A stretch of 64,000 nt of DNA, taken from an uncultured Thermoplasmata archaeon (lineage in GTDB: Archaea > Thermoplasmatota > Thermoplasmata > RBG-16-68-12). The notes under the pieces were generated by a model. It saw only the letters and a program-made list of their open reading frames with translations, made no database searches and was not told where the DNA came from. The position numbers and the translations under genes were made by a program. Of this stretch, positions 19,027 to 28,688 are shown one piece after another. The stretch is taken from assembly GCA_963768855.1 (NCBI GenBank), contig CAVYJM010000011.1:32001-96000 (forward strand), given 5' to 3'. Position 1 is the stretch's first letter; each line of letters begins with the position of its first letter.

Positions 19027-20061
19027 ATGAAGGCCGTCGTCCTGCCGCGCTATGGAGGGCCCGAGGTCCTGGAGTATGTCGAGGACCGCCCCGAACCCGT
19101 CCCGGGACCGGACGAGGTCCTCCTGCACGTGCACGCGGCGTCCATCAACCATCTCGACCTTGCCGTCCGCGCGGGGATCCCGACGCTGAAGCTCGTGCTC
19201 CCGCACGTGCTCGGCGCGGATGTCGCCGGCGAGGTCGCGCAGCTCGGCTCCGACGTCACGGGCTTCGAGCCCGGCGACCGCGTCGTCGCGAACCCGGGCC
19301 TCACCTGCGGCCACTGCGAGTTCTGCATCGCAGGCCAGGATTCCCTCTGTCGGGACTATCGCATCCTGGGGGAGCACGTTCCCGGCACGTACGCGGAGTA
19401 CGTCGCGGTCCGTGCGAAGAGCCTCCTCTCGATCCCGGTCGACATGGACTGGGCCACCGCCGCGGCGGCTCCCCTGGTGTTCATGACGGCGTGGCGGTTG
19501 CTCGTGACCCGCGCGGCGATCCGGCCCGGGGAGGACGTCCTGATTCTCGGGGCGGGGTCCGGCGTGTCTACGGCGGCGATTCAGATCGCCAAGCTGGCCG
19601 GTTGCACCGTCTACACGACGAGCTCGAGCGACGCGAAGCTCAAGCGCGCGAAGGAGATCGGCGCGGACGTCGTGATCAACTACAAGGAGATGCCCTGGAG
19701 CAAGGCGGTCTGGGAGCTCACGGGGAAGCGCGGCGTGGACGTCGTCCTGGACCACGTGGGCGAGGCCACGTTCAAGGACAGCGTCCGCTCCCTGCGGATG
19801 GGCGGGCGTCTCGTCGTCCCGGGCGCGACCACGGGAGCCCTGCCGCAGCTCGACCTCCGCTATCTGTTCTGGCGGCAGCTCTCGATCCTGGGTTCCACGA
19901 TGGCGAATCAGCGGGAGTTCGAGGAGGTCATGAAGCTCGTGTTCATGGGCCGCCTCAAGCCGGTCGTGGATCGGGTGTTCCCCCTCAGGGAGGCCCGGGA
20001 GGCCCATGCCTACCTCGAGCGCGGTGAGCAGTTCGGGAAGGTCGTCCTGAGCGTCCCGTGA
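19027..20061 (+). CDS. Zn-binding MDR alcohol dehydrogenase/quinone oxidoreductase family
   Basis: SINHLD, PHVLGADVAGEV, structural Zn CGHCEFC..C, GAGSGV, GKVVL. Confidence 0.92.
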   Translation: MKAVVLPRYGGPEVLEYVEDRPEPVPGPDEVLLHVHAASINHLDLAVRAGIPTLKLVLPHVLGADVAGEVAQLGSDVTGFEPGDRVVANPGLTCGHCEFCIAGQDSLCRDYRILGEHVPGTYAEYVAVRAKSLLSIPVDMDWATAAAAPLVFMTAWRLLVTRAAIRPGEDVLILGAGSGVSTAAIQIAKLAGCTVYTTSSSDAKLKRAKEIGADVVINYKEMPWSKAVWELTGKRGVDVVLDHVGEATFKDSVRSLRMGGRLVVPGATTGALPQLDLRYLFWRQLSILGSTMANQREFEEVMKLVFMGRLKPVVDRVFPLREAREAHAYLERGEQFGKVVLSVP

Positions 20062-20071
20062 CGGGTTCGCG

Positions 20072-20338
20072 TCACGCCTTCTTCCGGCGTCTCCGTGCCG
20101 CAGGGATCTTGGCCCGGATCTTGTCAAGAAGCTCCTGGGTCTCAGGGAAGTGCTCGGCCTGGTCCAGGGAGAAGAGGAGTTCGCCATCCAGGGCCACGTC
20201 GTAGACGCCGTGGTCCCCGGGCACGAGGCGCAGCCCCGAGAGCTTCGGGCCGAAGGCCTTCAGGATGGCGTCCGCGTCCTGCATCGCCTTGAACTGGTAG
20301 CGGCAAGGCAGGCAGTACGTGATGGTGACTTCGGGCAT
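20072..20338 (-). CDS. Rdx family (SelW/SelT/SelH-like) thioredoxin-fold protein
   Basis: ITYCLPCRY, LVPGDHGVYDVALDGELLFS, FPE. Confidence 0.88.
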   Translation of the reverse strand: MPEVTITYCLPCRYQFKAMQDADAILKAFGPKLSGLRLVPGDHGVYDVALDGELLFSLDQAEHFPETQELLDKIRAKIPAARRRRKKA

Positions 20339-20377
20339 CCGAGGAAAAAGGAGACAGGCCTCCGATAAGAACCTGTC

Positions 20378-20629
20378 TCAGCCAGGAGACGATTCCTCGG
20401 AGGAACGGTTGCGGGGCGAGCCCTTGCAGGCCACGGACCGGCGGGCCGGTCGGGCCCGGCCGATCCGGAACCTCGCCGCGAACGAAGGACGGGCCAGCTT
20501 GCGGCGTGGCGCCTTCGCGGCGGCGAGGATCCAGGCGATTTCGTCGCGCCCGTATTCTGTGCGGGCATACTCACGCAGGGCGGAGTTCGTTCCCAGTCGC
20601 GGATCCACATCCAGTCGGATTGCGTACAT
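20378..20629 (-). CDS. Small hypothetical protein
   Basis: MYAIRLDVDPRLGTNSALREYARTEYG..., with GAGGT SD-like sequence upstream; basic tail. Confidence 0.5.
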   Translation of the reverse strand: MYAIRLDVDPRLGTNSALREYARTEYGRDEIAWILAAAKAPRRKLARPSFAARFRIGRARPARRSVACKGSPRNRSSEESSPG

Positions 20630-20742
20630 GTCTTGTACCTCGAACGGAGGAAAGACGCCCAAGACGAACCGATTTGACCCGCCAATGACGGCCGTCATAT
20701 GACGGCACCATTGATATAGCCCCGGAGGCCCTTGGACCATGC

Positions 20743-21483
20743 ATGGGCCTCTGGGAAGTGTCCTTCCGCACGCAGTATGACTATCCGTTCATCGAGATGT
20801 CCGGACGGCACCCGGGCATCCCCATCTCGATGTGGTGCATCTGGGGCCGCGAGCTCCTCCAGGTCTCCACGCAGGACGAGCACGAGCTCGCGGCGATCGA
20901 GAAGGAGATCAACAAGGCGGGGCGCGTCATCGACAAATGGATCGAGGGGCAGGAGGCTCGCATCTTCATGCTCCGATGCACCTGCGACGCGCTCCGGAAC
21001 AGCCCCTGGAACGTTTGGGAGCCGCACGAGATGTTTGACGCGCCGCCCGCCGTGTTTCAGGACGGCTGGGGGTACTTCCGCGTCCTGAGCTTCGAGGAGG
21101 ACCGCACGCGGGACCTCTTCCGCGACCTGAACAAGCTCGGGCCGACGGAGCTCATTCGGAAGCGCGAGATCCCCCTCAGCTTCCTGCCGACGAGCGTCTG
21201 GGTCAACAGCCTCTTCGGAGACCTCACGGGAAAGCAGATGGACGCGATCCTGAAGGCCCACCGCTACGGGTACTATAACAGTCCGCGCGAAGTCACCACG
21301 GAGAGCGTCGCGCGCAGCCTCGGCGTGAGCCGCTCGACGTACGAGGAGCACCTCCGGAAGGCGGAGAACCGGATCATGGCCTCCATTATCCCTTACCTCC
21401 AGCTGTACGCCGCGGCGGAGAAGCGTCCAGAGCCGATCCTTGAGAAGGGACCGCCGGCGCCCGGCCACGCGCAGGCCGCCTAG
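20743..21483 (+). CDS. Bacterio-opsin-activator-type (HTH_10) transcriptional regulator
   Basis: C-terminal LTGKQMDAILKAHRYGYYNSPREVTTESVARSLGVSRSTYEEHLRKAE. Confidence 0.9.
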   Translation: MGLWEVSFRTQYDYPFIEMSGRHPGIPISMWCIWGRELLQVSTQDEHELAAIEKEINKAGRVIDKWIEGQEARIFMLRCTCDALRNSPWNVWEPHEMFDAPPAVFQDGWGYFRVLSFEEDRTRDLFRDLNKLGPTELIRKREIPLSFLPTSVWVNSLFGDLTGKQMDAILKAHRYGYYNSPREVTTESVARSLGVSRSTYEEHLRKAENRIMASIIPYLQLYAAAEKRPEPILEKGPPAPGHAQAA

Positions 21484-21495
21484 GCGAGGCCGGCC

Positions 21496-21924
21496 CTACC
21501 CGGACGGCGGAGCGGAAGGGGGCGCCGCCGGCGGCTTCGCCCCGACTCCCGCGGTCGCGGGCGGCACGGGGGGCAGCGGCACGGGGCTCGTCTCCCCGAC
21601 GACCTTCCCGCGCACGACGGCGCCCTTGTCCACGTAGACGCGGCCGCCCTCGTTCACGACGTCCCCTTGGACCAGCCCGTAGACCTCGACGTCCCCGCCC
21701 GTGGCCTTGCACGCTTTCGTGACGAGCCCTTTGAGGACCGCCTTGCCCGTGCGCTCCGCGAGCAAGTTTCCGGAGACCATTCCGGTGACTTCGCAAACGC
21801 TGTTGTCACGCACGAACAGGTCCCCGCGAACGAGGCCGGTCATTTGCGTCGGCCGCGGGCCGATCACGACGACGGATCCTTCGAAGCGCTCGTCGAGGAC
21901 GCCCCCGCGGAAGATGCGCACCAT
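21496..21924 (-). CDS. Bactofilin-like (polymer-forming beta-helix) protein with Pro-rich tail
   Basis: Repeated [VL]xG.V.G[DN][LV] units; start at ATG 21924 or upstream at 21948. Confidence 0.6.
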   Translation of the reverse strand: MVRIFRGGVLDERFEGSVVVIGPRPTQMTGLVRGDLFVRDNSVCEVTGMVSGNLLAERTGKAVLKGLVTKACKATGGDVEVYGLVQGDVVNEGGRVYVDKGAVVRGKVVGETSPVPLPPVPPATAGVGAKPPAAPPSAPPSG

Positions 21925-22051
21925 GAAGTCTGCCTCGACCTCGGCCAAGGGGCGGAATTTACTTCAAGATTTCGTCGCGGCGGGTGCCTCCGGACCCATC
22001 CAGGGGCTTACCGAAGCCTTTTGGGGGTCTTGTCCATCGGGAGCCGCGACG

Positions 22052-24751
22052 ATGCCCGAGGCTCCGCGCACGATCCAAGATGACGTGCAGCTCATCGAGG
22101 CGATCCTCGGCGAGGTCGTGGAGAGCGAGTCGGGGCCCGAGATGGCCCGCCTGGCCCGGGGCTTCCGCGGGCAGTGTGCGGAGACCCGCCGTCGCGGGGA
22201 CCCCGCCCTCGCGCAGAGCGTCCGCCGGCTCGCGGAGTCCCTGACCCTGGAACAGGCCGGATGCCTGTCCCGCGCCTTCTCGTTCCATTTCCTCCTCCTC
22301 AACTTGGCCGAGGACATTGACCGCGTACGTCGCCTCCGGGAGGCCGAGGCGACCGGAGTGCCCGTTCCCCAGTCGCTCGAGGACACCTTCCGGCGGCTGA
22401 AAGCTCAGGGAATCGACCGCGCGGAGGCGATGCGCCTCCTCGAGGCGATCGACGTCCATGCCGTGTTCACCGCCCATCCCACGGAACCGAAGCGGCGGAC
22501 CCTCCTGGAGCGGCTGCGGCGGATCCAGGCGCTCCTTGACCGCATCGACCGGGAACGGCTACTCCCCGCGGAGGTCGATGCGGTGAGGCTCGAGCTCAAG
22601 CGGGAGGCCATGGGGCTCTGGCACAGCGACGAGCTGCGGTTCCGGCAACCGCGGGTCATCGACGAGATCCGGATGGGACTCTTCTACTTCGATCATGTCG
22701 TGCTGGACATGATCCCGGACTTCTACCGGCGCCTCGCCCGGGCGATCGACCGCGTCTACGGCCCGGCGCGCGGGCGCATCCCTGCGTTCCTCTTCTTCGG
22801 TTCCTGGCGGGGGTCCGACATGGACGGGAACCCGCACGTCACGCCCGCCTCGATGCGGGAGGCCGCCCGCACCCAGCGGTCCTTCCTGTTGAATCGCTAC
22901 ATCGCGAGGTGCCGCGGGCTCATCGACGTCCTCACGGAGAGCGCCCGCTACGTCCCCCCGTCGCCCGCCCTCATGGCGTCCCTCCTCCAGGACCGAAAGG
23001 CCCATCCGCGGACCTGGCGTGAGATTCACCAGGTGAACCGCGAAGAGCACCACCGCGCCAAGATCACCTTCATCGGTCACAAGATCTCGTCCGTCCTGAA
23101 CCGGCCGCGGGACGGATACCGTTCCGCGGACGAACTCCTGGAAGATCTCCGGTTGCTCCAGTCGTCCTTGCGGATGAACGGGGCCCCGGACGAGGCGGAG
23201 GGCCCGCTCGAGGACTTCGTCCGCCAGGTCGAGACCTTCGGATTCCATCTCGCCTCCCTTGATCTCCGTCTCAACTCGAAGGACGTGGCCTCGGCGGTCA
23301 GCCAGATTCTCGCCGCTTCAGGGGAGGCGCGCGCGTACACGCGGCTGCCCGAGGAGAAGAAGGCCCAGCTGCTCACGCGTCTCCTGCAGGCGCGCTACCG
23401 GCCGCGGACGCTGAGGGTCACCGGGGACGGGGCGCGCGTGGTCGAAGCCCTCCGAGCCCTCGGAGAGGTGCAGCGCGACTACGGCGAGCCGATGATGCAC
23501 ACGATCGTCCTGAGCATGGCCCACGACCCGAGCGACGTGCTCGGGCTCCTGCTCCTCGCGAAGATCCTCCGGCTGGTCGACCTCAAGGAAGGCTACAGCC
23601 GGGTCGACATCTCGCCGCTTTTCGAGATGATCGAGGCCCTCGAGCGAAGCGGACACACGATGGGCGCGCTGTACGAGAACCCCGCCTACAAGGCCCATCT
23701 CGGGGCCCGCGGCCTCCGGCAGGAGGTCATGGTGGGGTACAGCGACAGCATGAAGGACGGCGGGATCTTCGCCTCCCGCTGGCGCCTCTTCCGCGCCCAG
23801 CGCGAGCTTGCGTCGGGCAGCGAATCCGCGGGCGTCTCCCTGACGATTTTCCACGGCCGGGGCGGATCGATCAGCCGCGGCGGCGTGCCTGCATTCGAGG
23901 CGATGCACGCACTGCCGTCCGAGGTCGCCACGGGCCGCATGCGGATCACGGAGCAGGGCGAGGTCCTCAGCTCCAAGTACTTCCATTTCCCCGTCGCCCT
24001 CCGCGAGACGGAGCAGTTGATCGGCGGCCTCCTGGTGGCGATGGCCTCGAAACACGAGGTGCCTGACCCCACATGGATGGACGCGATGGACCGCATGGCG
24101 GACGTGGGACAGGCGGCGTACCGCGGACTTGTCTACGGGGACCCGGGCCTCGCGGCGTACTTCGAGCACGCGACGCCGATCCACGAGATCGCCGAGCTCA
24201 ACATCAGTTCGCGGCCCTCGAGCCGGAAGGGCACGCTGCGGATCGAGGATTTGCGCGCGATCCCCTGGGTCTTCGCCTGGATGCAGAACCGACACATCCT
24301 GCCCGGGTGGTACTCGATCGGTTCCGCGCTCGCGTCCGTGGAGGACGTGGGCTTGCTGGCGCGCATGCACCGCGAATGGCCCTTCTTCGCGGGGATGCTC
24401 GACGCCGGGCAGATGGTCCTCGGGAAGGCCGACATGACCCTTGCGAGCCGGTACGCGGACCTCGTGCCCGATCCGGCCGTTCGAACGCGCATCTTCGGAA
24501 AGATCCTCCAGGAGCACGGGCTCAGCTTGCAGAAGATCATGGAGATTGCGAAGGTGCGCGAGGTCCTTGAGGCGGATCCGGTCCTCAAGGCCGCGGTCGC
24601 GCGGCGCGACCCCTATCTCGACCCGCTCAACTACATCCAGGCGGAGCTGCTCGACCGGAAGCGGCGCGAGGGCCGAAAGGATCCGGAACTCCTGCGTGCG
24701 ATCCTGCTCACGGTGAACGGGATCTCCCACGGGCTGCGGAACACCGGGTGA
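22052..24751 (+). CDS. ppc: Phosphoenolpyruvate carboxylase, bacterial/plant type
   Basis: VFTAHPTE, DGNP, PLFE, GYSDSMKDGG, FHGRGGSISRGG, TEQGE, LRAIPWVFAWMQNR, GLRNTG C-terminus; 899 aa. Confidence 0.96.
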   Translation: MPEAPRTIQDDVQLIEAILGEVVESESGPEMARLARGFRGQCAETRRRGDPALAQSVRRLAESLTLEQAGCLSRAFSFHFLLLNLAEDIDRVRRLREAEATGVPVPQSLEDTFRRLKAQGIDRAEAMRLLEAIDVHAVFTAHPTEPKRRTLLERLRRIQALLDRIDRERLLPAEVDAVRLELKREAMGLWHSDELRFRQPRVIDEIRMGLFYFDHVVLDMIPDFYRRLARAIDRVYGPARGRIPAFLFFGSWRGSDMDGNPHVTPASMREAARTQRSFLLNRYIARCRGLIDVLTESARYVPPSPALMASLLQDRKAHPRTWREIHQVNREEHHRAKITFIGHKISSVLNRPRDGYRSADELLEDLRLLQSSLRMNGAPDEAEGPLEDFVRQVETFGFHLASLDLRLNSKDVASAVSQILAASGEARAYTRLPEEKKAQLLTRLLQARYRPRTLRVTGDGARVVEALRALGEVQRDYGEPMMHTIVLSMAHDPSDVLGLLLLAKILRLVDLKEGYSRVDISPLFEMIEALERSGHTMGALYENPAYKAHLGARGLRQEVMVGYSDSMKDGGIFASRWRLFRAQRELASGSESAGVSLTIFHGRGGSISRGGVPAFEAMHALPSEVATGRMRITEQGEVLSSKYFHFPVALRETEQLIGGLLVAMASKHEVPDPTWMDAMDRMADVGQAAYRGLVYGDPGLAAYFEHATPIHEIAELNISSRPSSRKGTLRIEDLRAIPWVFAWMQNRHILPGWYSIGSALASVEDVGLLARMHREWPFFAGMLDAGQMVLGKADMTLASRYADLVPDPAVRTRIFGKILQEHGLSLQKIMEIAKVREVLEADPVLKAAVARRDPYLDPLNYIQAELLDRKRREGRKDPELLRAILLTVNGISHGLRNTG

Positions 24752-24754
24752 CCG

Positions 24755-25684
24755 TCACTCGTGGGCTTGGAGCCATCTCTCGACGTCGAGGGCGGCCATG
24801 CATCCGAAGCCCGCGGCCGTCACGGCCTGGCGGTAGCGATGATCGTGCACGTCGCCTGCGGCGAACACACCGTCCACGTTCGTGGCGGTCTGGAAGCCCT
24901 CGCGGGGCTGCAGGACGATGTAGCCCTTCTCCAGCTGAAGCTGCTCCCTGAAGACCTCGGTGGCGGGCGCATGGCCGATCGCGAGGAACAGTCCCTGGGC
25001 CTTGAGGTCCGTCGTGGCACCCGTCTTCACGTTCTTGACCCGAACACCTTCGACCTTCGTCTCGCCGAGGACGTCGACGACCTCGGAATCCCAGTCCACC
25101 TTGACGTTCGGCGTCTTGAGCAGCCGCTCCTGCATGATCTTGCTCGCGCGGAACTCGTGCCGGCGATGGACCACGGTCACGGTCTTGCAGAGCTTGGAAA
25201 GGTAGAGCGCTTCTTCCATGGCGGTGTCCCCGCCTCCCACGACGACCACGTCGAGCTGCTTGAAGAAGAAGCCATCACACGTCGCACACGCGGACACGCC
25301 GCGTCCCTTGAGGCGCTCTTCGTTCGGGAGGTTCAGGTACTTGGCGTTCGCACCCGTGGAGATGATGATCGCTTTCCCCTCATATTCCTGGTCCGCGACC
25401 CAGACACGGAACGGCTGCGACCGGAAGTCCACCTTCGTGACGTTGTCATCGACGAAGTCCGCCTTGAAGCGTTCCGCCTGTTTCCGCCAGAGGTCCATGA
25501 GCTCGGGGCCGAGCACGCCGTTCGGGAAGCCGGGGTAGTTCTCGACCTCGGAGGTGAGCATGAGCTGCCCCCCCGCCACCTGGCCCGCGATGACGAGCGT
25601 CTTCAGGTTCGCGCGGGTGGCATAGATGGCCGCGGTGAGTCCGGAAGGGCCCGAGCCGATGATGATCACGTCGTAGGGTGACAT
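24755..25684 (-). CDS. trxB: Thioredoxin-disulfide reductase
   Basis: IIGSGPSGLTAAIY, GGQL, VENYPGF, GVSACATCDG, VVGGGDTAMEEA, FAAGDV. Confidence 0.96.
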   Translation of the reverse strand: MSPYDVIIIGSGPSGLTAAIYATRANLKTLVIAGQVAGGQLMLTSEVENYPGFPNGVLGPELMDLWRKQAERFKADFVDDNVTKVDFRSQPFRVWVADQEYEGKAIIISTGANAKYLNLPNEERLKGRGVSACATCDGFFFKQLDVVVVGGGDTAMEEALYLSKLCKTVTVVHRRHEFRASKIMQERLLKTPNVKVDWDSEVVDVLGETKVEGVRVKNVKTGATTDLKAQGLFLAIGHAPATEVFREQLQLEKGYIVLQPREGFQTATNVDGVFAAGDVHDHRYRQAVTAAGFGCMAALDVERWLQAHE

Positions 25685-25783
25685 TCGTTCAAACGAAGGG
25701 GTCGGTGCAGTATAAGCGTTTCTCGAGGGGCTGGCAACGCGGGGCCGCATCGCGCTCTACCTTCATATCGGGGTTCCGACATC

Positions 25784-27013
25784 GTGGGTCCCTTGGCGTC
25801 GGACGATCTCGATCGGCTGCTCGCATTGCTGCCCACGGTGGACCATAAGCATGCGGTCCCACTCTTCGACCAGGTCATCAAGGACCTGGGGGCGGCAGGC
25901 CCGATCCTCCAGGGGCTCGTCTATGCCGCCTCGAACCACGATGATCCGCAGCTCCACACGCCCCACGGTCTCCTGACCATGGTGGCCGGACGCGAGCTCC
26001 TCCGGTTGACCCGTCCTCCCGGCGGCCTGGGCCTGCTGCGTTTCCTCGTCCTCTACAACTTCACGCTCCAGAGACGCGCCTTCGACGGGGCCGTTGGTCA
26101 GGCGATGATTCGCACCGTACCCGCCGCGGAACTCGATGAGCTCGGGGCGGCGTATCGGAAGGCGGTTCGCGGAGGCCTGGGCGACCAGGCAGCGAGCCTC
26201 CTCGGCCGGATTGCCACGGACTACGGCCTGGAATCGGCGGGCCATCTCGCGATCCGGTGTGCCCTTGGCGACGTGGGCCGCCTGGGGCACAACCTCGTCA
26301 TCGCGTCGGCGTATGTGCAGGCCGCCGAGATCGTGGGCGGGACGAGGGGACTGGTCCCCTTGATGAACCTCGGCCGGCTGCAAGCCTTCGCCCTGCAAGG
26401 AAGTCTTGGGCCCTTGATCCCAGAGCGGAGCGAATCGGACGCCCCTGCGGACGTCGAGGCCCTGGGAAAACTCGTCGAGGATGGCGCCTTCGATCAAGTC
26501 GAGGACGTGCTGGGAGCCCTCGCCTTCGCCGGGCAGGCGGATGAGGCGTACCGTCCGCTCTTGATCGCCGCGAGCGCCGATCCCGGGTTCCTCGGCCACT
26601 CCCTGAGTCTCGCGAACGCGGCTCGCGTGTCCTCTCGGTACCTCACCCCGTCCGAGAACGCCTGGCTCTCCTGGAAGCTCTATCGCACGCTCACGACGCG
26701 GTTCGGATACCCGGAGTTCCTCGCCCTCGGGAAGGGGGAATCCCTGGACCGCGAAGCGCTCCTTCCTGCCCTCGAGTCGAGCCTGCGATACCGGTCCCCT
26801 CCCGCCGAGCGCACGCTCCGTCAGGCGCTCGAGAACGACGTGCCGCTCGACGAGCTGCTCGCCACCGTCGTGAACTTCTACGGGAACTGGACGGTCGGCG
26901 AGAAGGAGCACACGATCAGCTACCTGAACGCCGCGCTGCAGACCGCGAAGTTCCTCGGGCGGGAGCAGGCGCTCCTGCCGCTGACGATCGCGCTCGGCAA
27001 GTTGCCGTTCTGA
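25784..27013 (+). CDS. Hypothetical all-helical protein with four His-centred repeats
   Basis: Long ORF with coding-like codon usage; repeats PHGLL, GHNLV, GHSLSLANA, EHTISYLNAA. Confidence 0.75.
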   Translation: MGPLASDDLDRLLALLPTVDHKHAVPLFDQVIKDLGAAGPILQGLVYAASNHDDPQLHTPHGLLTMVAGRELLRLTRPPGGLGLLRFLVLYNFTLQRRAFDGAVGQAMIRTVPAAELDELGAAYRKAVRGGLGDQAASLLGRIATDYGLESAGHLAIRCALGDVGRLGHNLVIASAYVQAAEIVGGTRGLVPLMNLGRLQAFALQGSLGPLIPERSESDAPADVEALGKLVEDGAFDQVEDVLGALAFAGQADEAYRPLLIAASADPGFLGHSLSLANAARVSSRYLTPSENAWLSWKLYRTLTTRFGYPEFLALGKGESLDREALLPALESSLRYRSPPAERTLRQALENDVPLDELLATVVNFYGNWTVGEKEHTISYLNAALQTAKFLGREQALLPLTIALGKLPF

Positions 27014-27023
27014 CCGCGGACCT

Positions 27024-28328
27024 TCAGCGCCGCTTCGCGAGCTCCTCCGTTTTCGCCTTCTCGTGGAACTGCTCCGTCTCCGTCGAGCCTTCCATGGCGA
27101 GAGTCGAGGCGGTCCCGCCGCTCAGGACCGTGGCAATCTCGTCGAAGTAGCCGGTGCCCACGAAGGCCTGGTGCTCGACCGCCGCATAGCCTTCCTCCTT
27201 CGCGGCGAACTCCTCCTGCTGGAGCTCCGTGTAGGCGGTCATCCCCGTCTCGCGGTAGTCCCGCGCCAGGCGGAACATGGAGAGGTTCATGGAGTGGAAC
27301 CCGGCCAACGTGACGAACTGGAACCGGTAGCCCATGTCCGCGAGCTCTTCCTGGAACCGCGCGATCTGCACGCCATCGAGTTTCTTCCTCCAGTTGAACG
27401 ACGCGGAGCAGTTGTACGCCAGCATCTTGTCGGGGAACTTCGCGTGGAGCGCGTCCGCGAAGGTCCGAGCCTCATCGAGGTCCGGGCTGGCGGTCTCGCA
27501 CCAGACGAGGTCCGCGTAGGGGGCGTAGCTCAGACCACGGGCGATCGCGGCGTCCAACCCCCCGTTCAACGTATGGAAGCCCTCGGAGGTCCGCTCGCTC
27601 CCGATGAACTCCCGGTCTCGCGGATCGACGTCGCTTGTGATCAGCTTGGCGCTGTTCGCGTCGGTCCGTGCGATCAGGATGGACGGGACGCCCTCGATGT
27701 CCGCCGCCAGTCGCGCGGCAACGAGTTTCTGGACGAACTCCCGCGTCGGGACCAGGACCTTGCCACCCAGGTGGCCGCACTTCTTCGCGCTCGCGAGCTG
27801 ATCCTCGAAGTGCGCGGCTGCGGCCCCCGCGTCGATGAGGGCTTTCATGAGCTCGAAGGCGTTGAGCGGCCCTCCGAAACCCGCCTCGGCGTCCGCGATG
27901 ATCGGGGCGAACCAGTCCACGTCCCGGCGGCGCGCCATATGTTGCTTTTGGTCCTCGCGACGGAAGGCGTTGTTCAGCCTTCGTACGACGTTCGGGACGG
28001 AATCCGCCGGGTAGAGGCTCTGGTCCGGGTACGTCTGGCCGGCGTCGTTCGCGTCCGCTGCGACCTGCCAGCCGCTGAGGTAGATGGCCTTGAGGCCGGC
28101 CTGGACCTGTTGGACCGCCTGGCCTCCCGTCATCGCGCCGAGTGCCGCGACGAACGGCTCGTTACGGAGGAGGTGCCAGAGGCGTTCGGATCCGTGATGC
28201 GCGAGCGTGTGGGCGACCGGGAGCGATCCGCGAAGGCGGAGAACGTCCTCTGCCCGGTACGGCCGCAGGATGCCGGCCCAGCGTTCGTTGGTTTTCCAGC
28301 TCTGTTCCAACTCGCGTGCGTCAGTCAT
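27024..28328 (-). CDS. aceA: Isocitrate lyase
   Basis: [70 protein letters not shown]. Confidence 0.97.
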   Translation of the reverse strand: MTDARELEQSWKTNERWAGILRPYRAEDVLRLRGSLPVAHTLAHHGSERLWHLLRNEPFVAALGAMTGGQAVQQVQAGLKAIYLSGWQVAADANDAGQTYPDQSLYPADSVPNVVRRLNNAFRREDQKQHMARRRDVDWFAPIIADAEAGFGGPLNAFELMKALIDAGAAAAHFEDQLASAKKCGHLGGKVLVPTREFVQKLVAARLAADIEGVPSILIARTDANSAKLITSDVDPRDREFIGSERTSEGFHTLNGGLDAAIARGLSYAPYADLVWCETASPDLDEARTFADALHAKFPDKMLAYNCSASFNWRKKLDGVQIARFQEELADMGYRFQFVTLAGFHSMNLSMFRLARDYRETGMTAYTELQQEEFAAKEEGYAAVEHQAFVGTGYFDEIATVLSGGTASTLAMEGSTETEQFHEKAKTEELAKRR

Positions 28329-28585
28329 CTACGTCTCCTCCTTCTCGTATCGTCTCTCCCACGGAGACCTCCGGTTCGCCGACGTCGTCCCGAACCGAAC
28401 GACCCGACCGGCGAGAGTTCTCCATGTTCACACCTATCGACCCGCCCCCCGGAAAACGCGAGGGGAGGGTCATCCGGCAAGCACCACCGAGGCCCCGTTG
28501 CACGACGCAGAAACGAGTCCCGCCACTGCGGGAGGGTTGGACCTCGGCATGTTGTCGCGGATTGGATAGTTTCGGCTTACTTAAA
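28329..28585 (-). promoter_or_regulatory. Putative promoter (TTTAAGTA, 28585-28578) and ~225-nt structured 5' leader of aceA
   Basis: TATA-like box followed by several GC stems that can be drawn by hand; no protein gene occupies the gap. Confidence 0.5.
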
Positions 28586-28688
28586 CATTGGTGGAAATGT
28601 GTAGCACGGTAAACGGTAGACGTGCCTGGTTGGGTTCTTGGCGAAACGTCGGAGGCTTCATGTCTCGCGGGCGCTTGGGGCTAGCACA

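Noticed and set aside
20072-20338. Possible selenoprotein (SelW-like CxxU)
   Set aside because: The motif is CLPC with an ordinary Cys codon and there is no in-frame TGA
28329-28555. Assignment of the aceA leader to a known RNA (glycine riboswitch, SRP, RNase P, C/D sRNA)
   Set aside because: The diagnostic conserved motifs of these families were not found; kept only as an unnamed candidate
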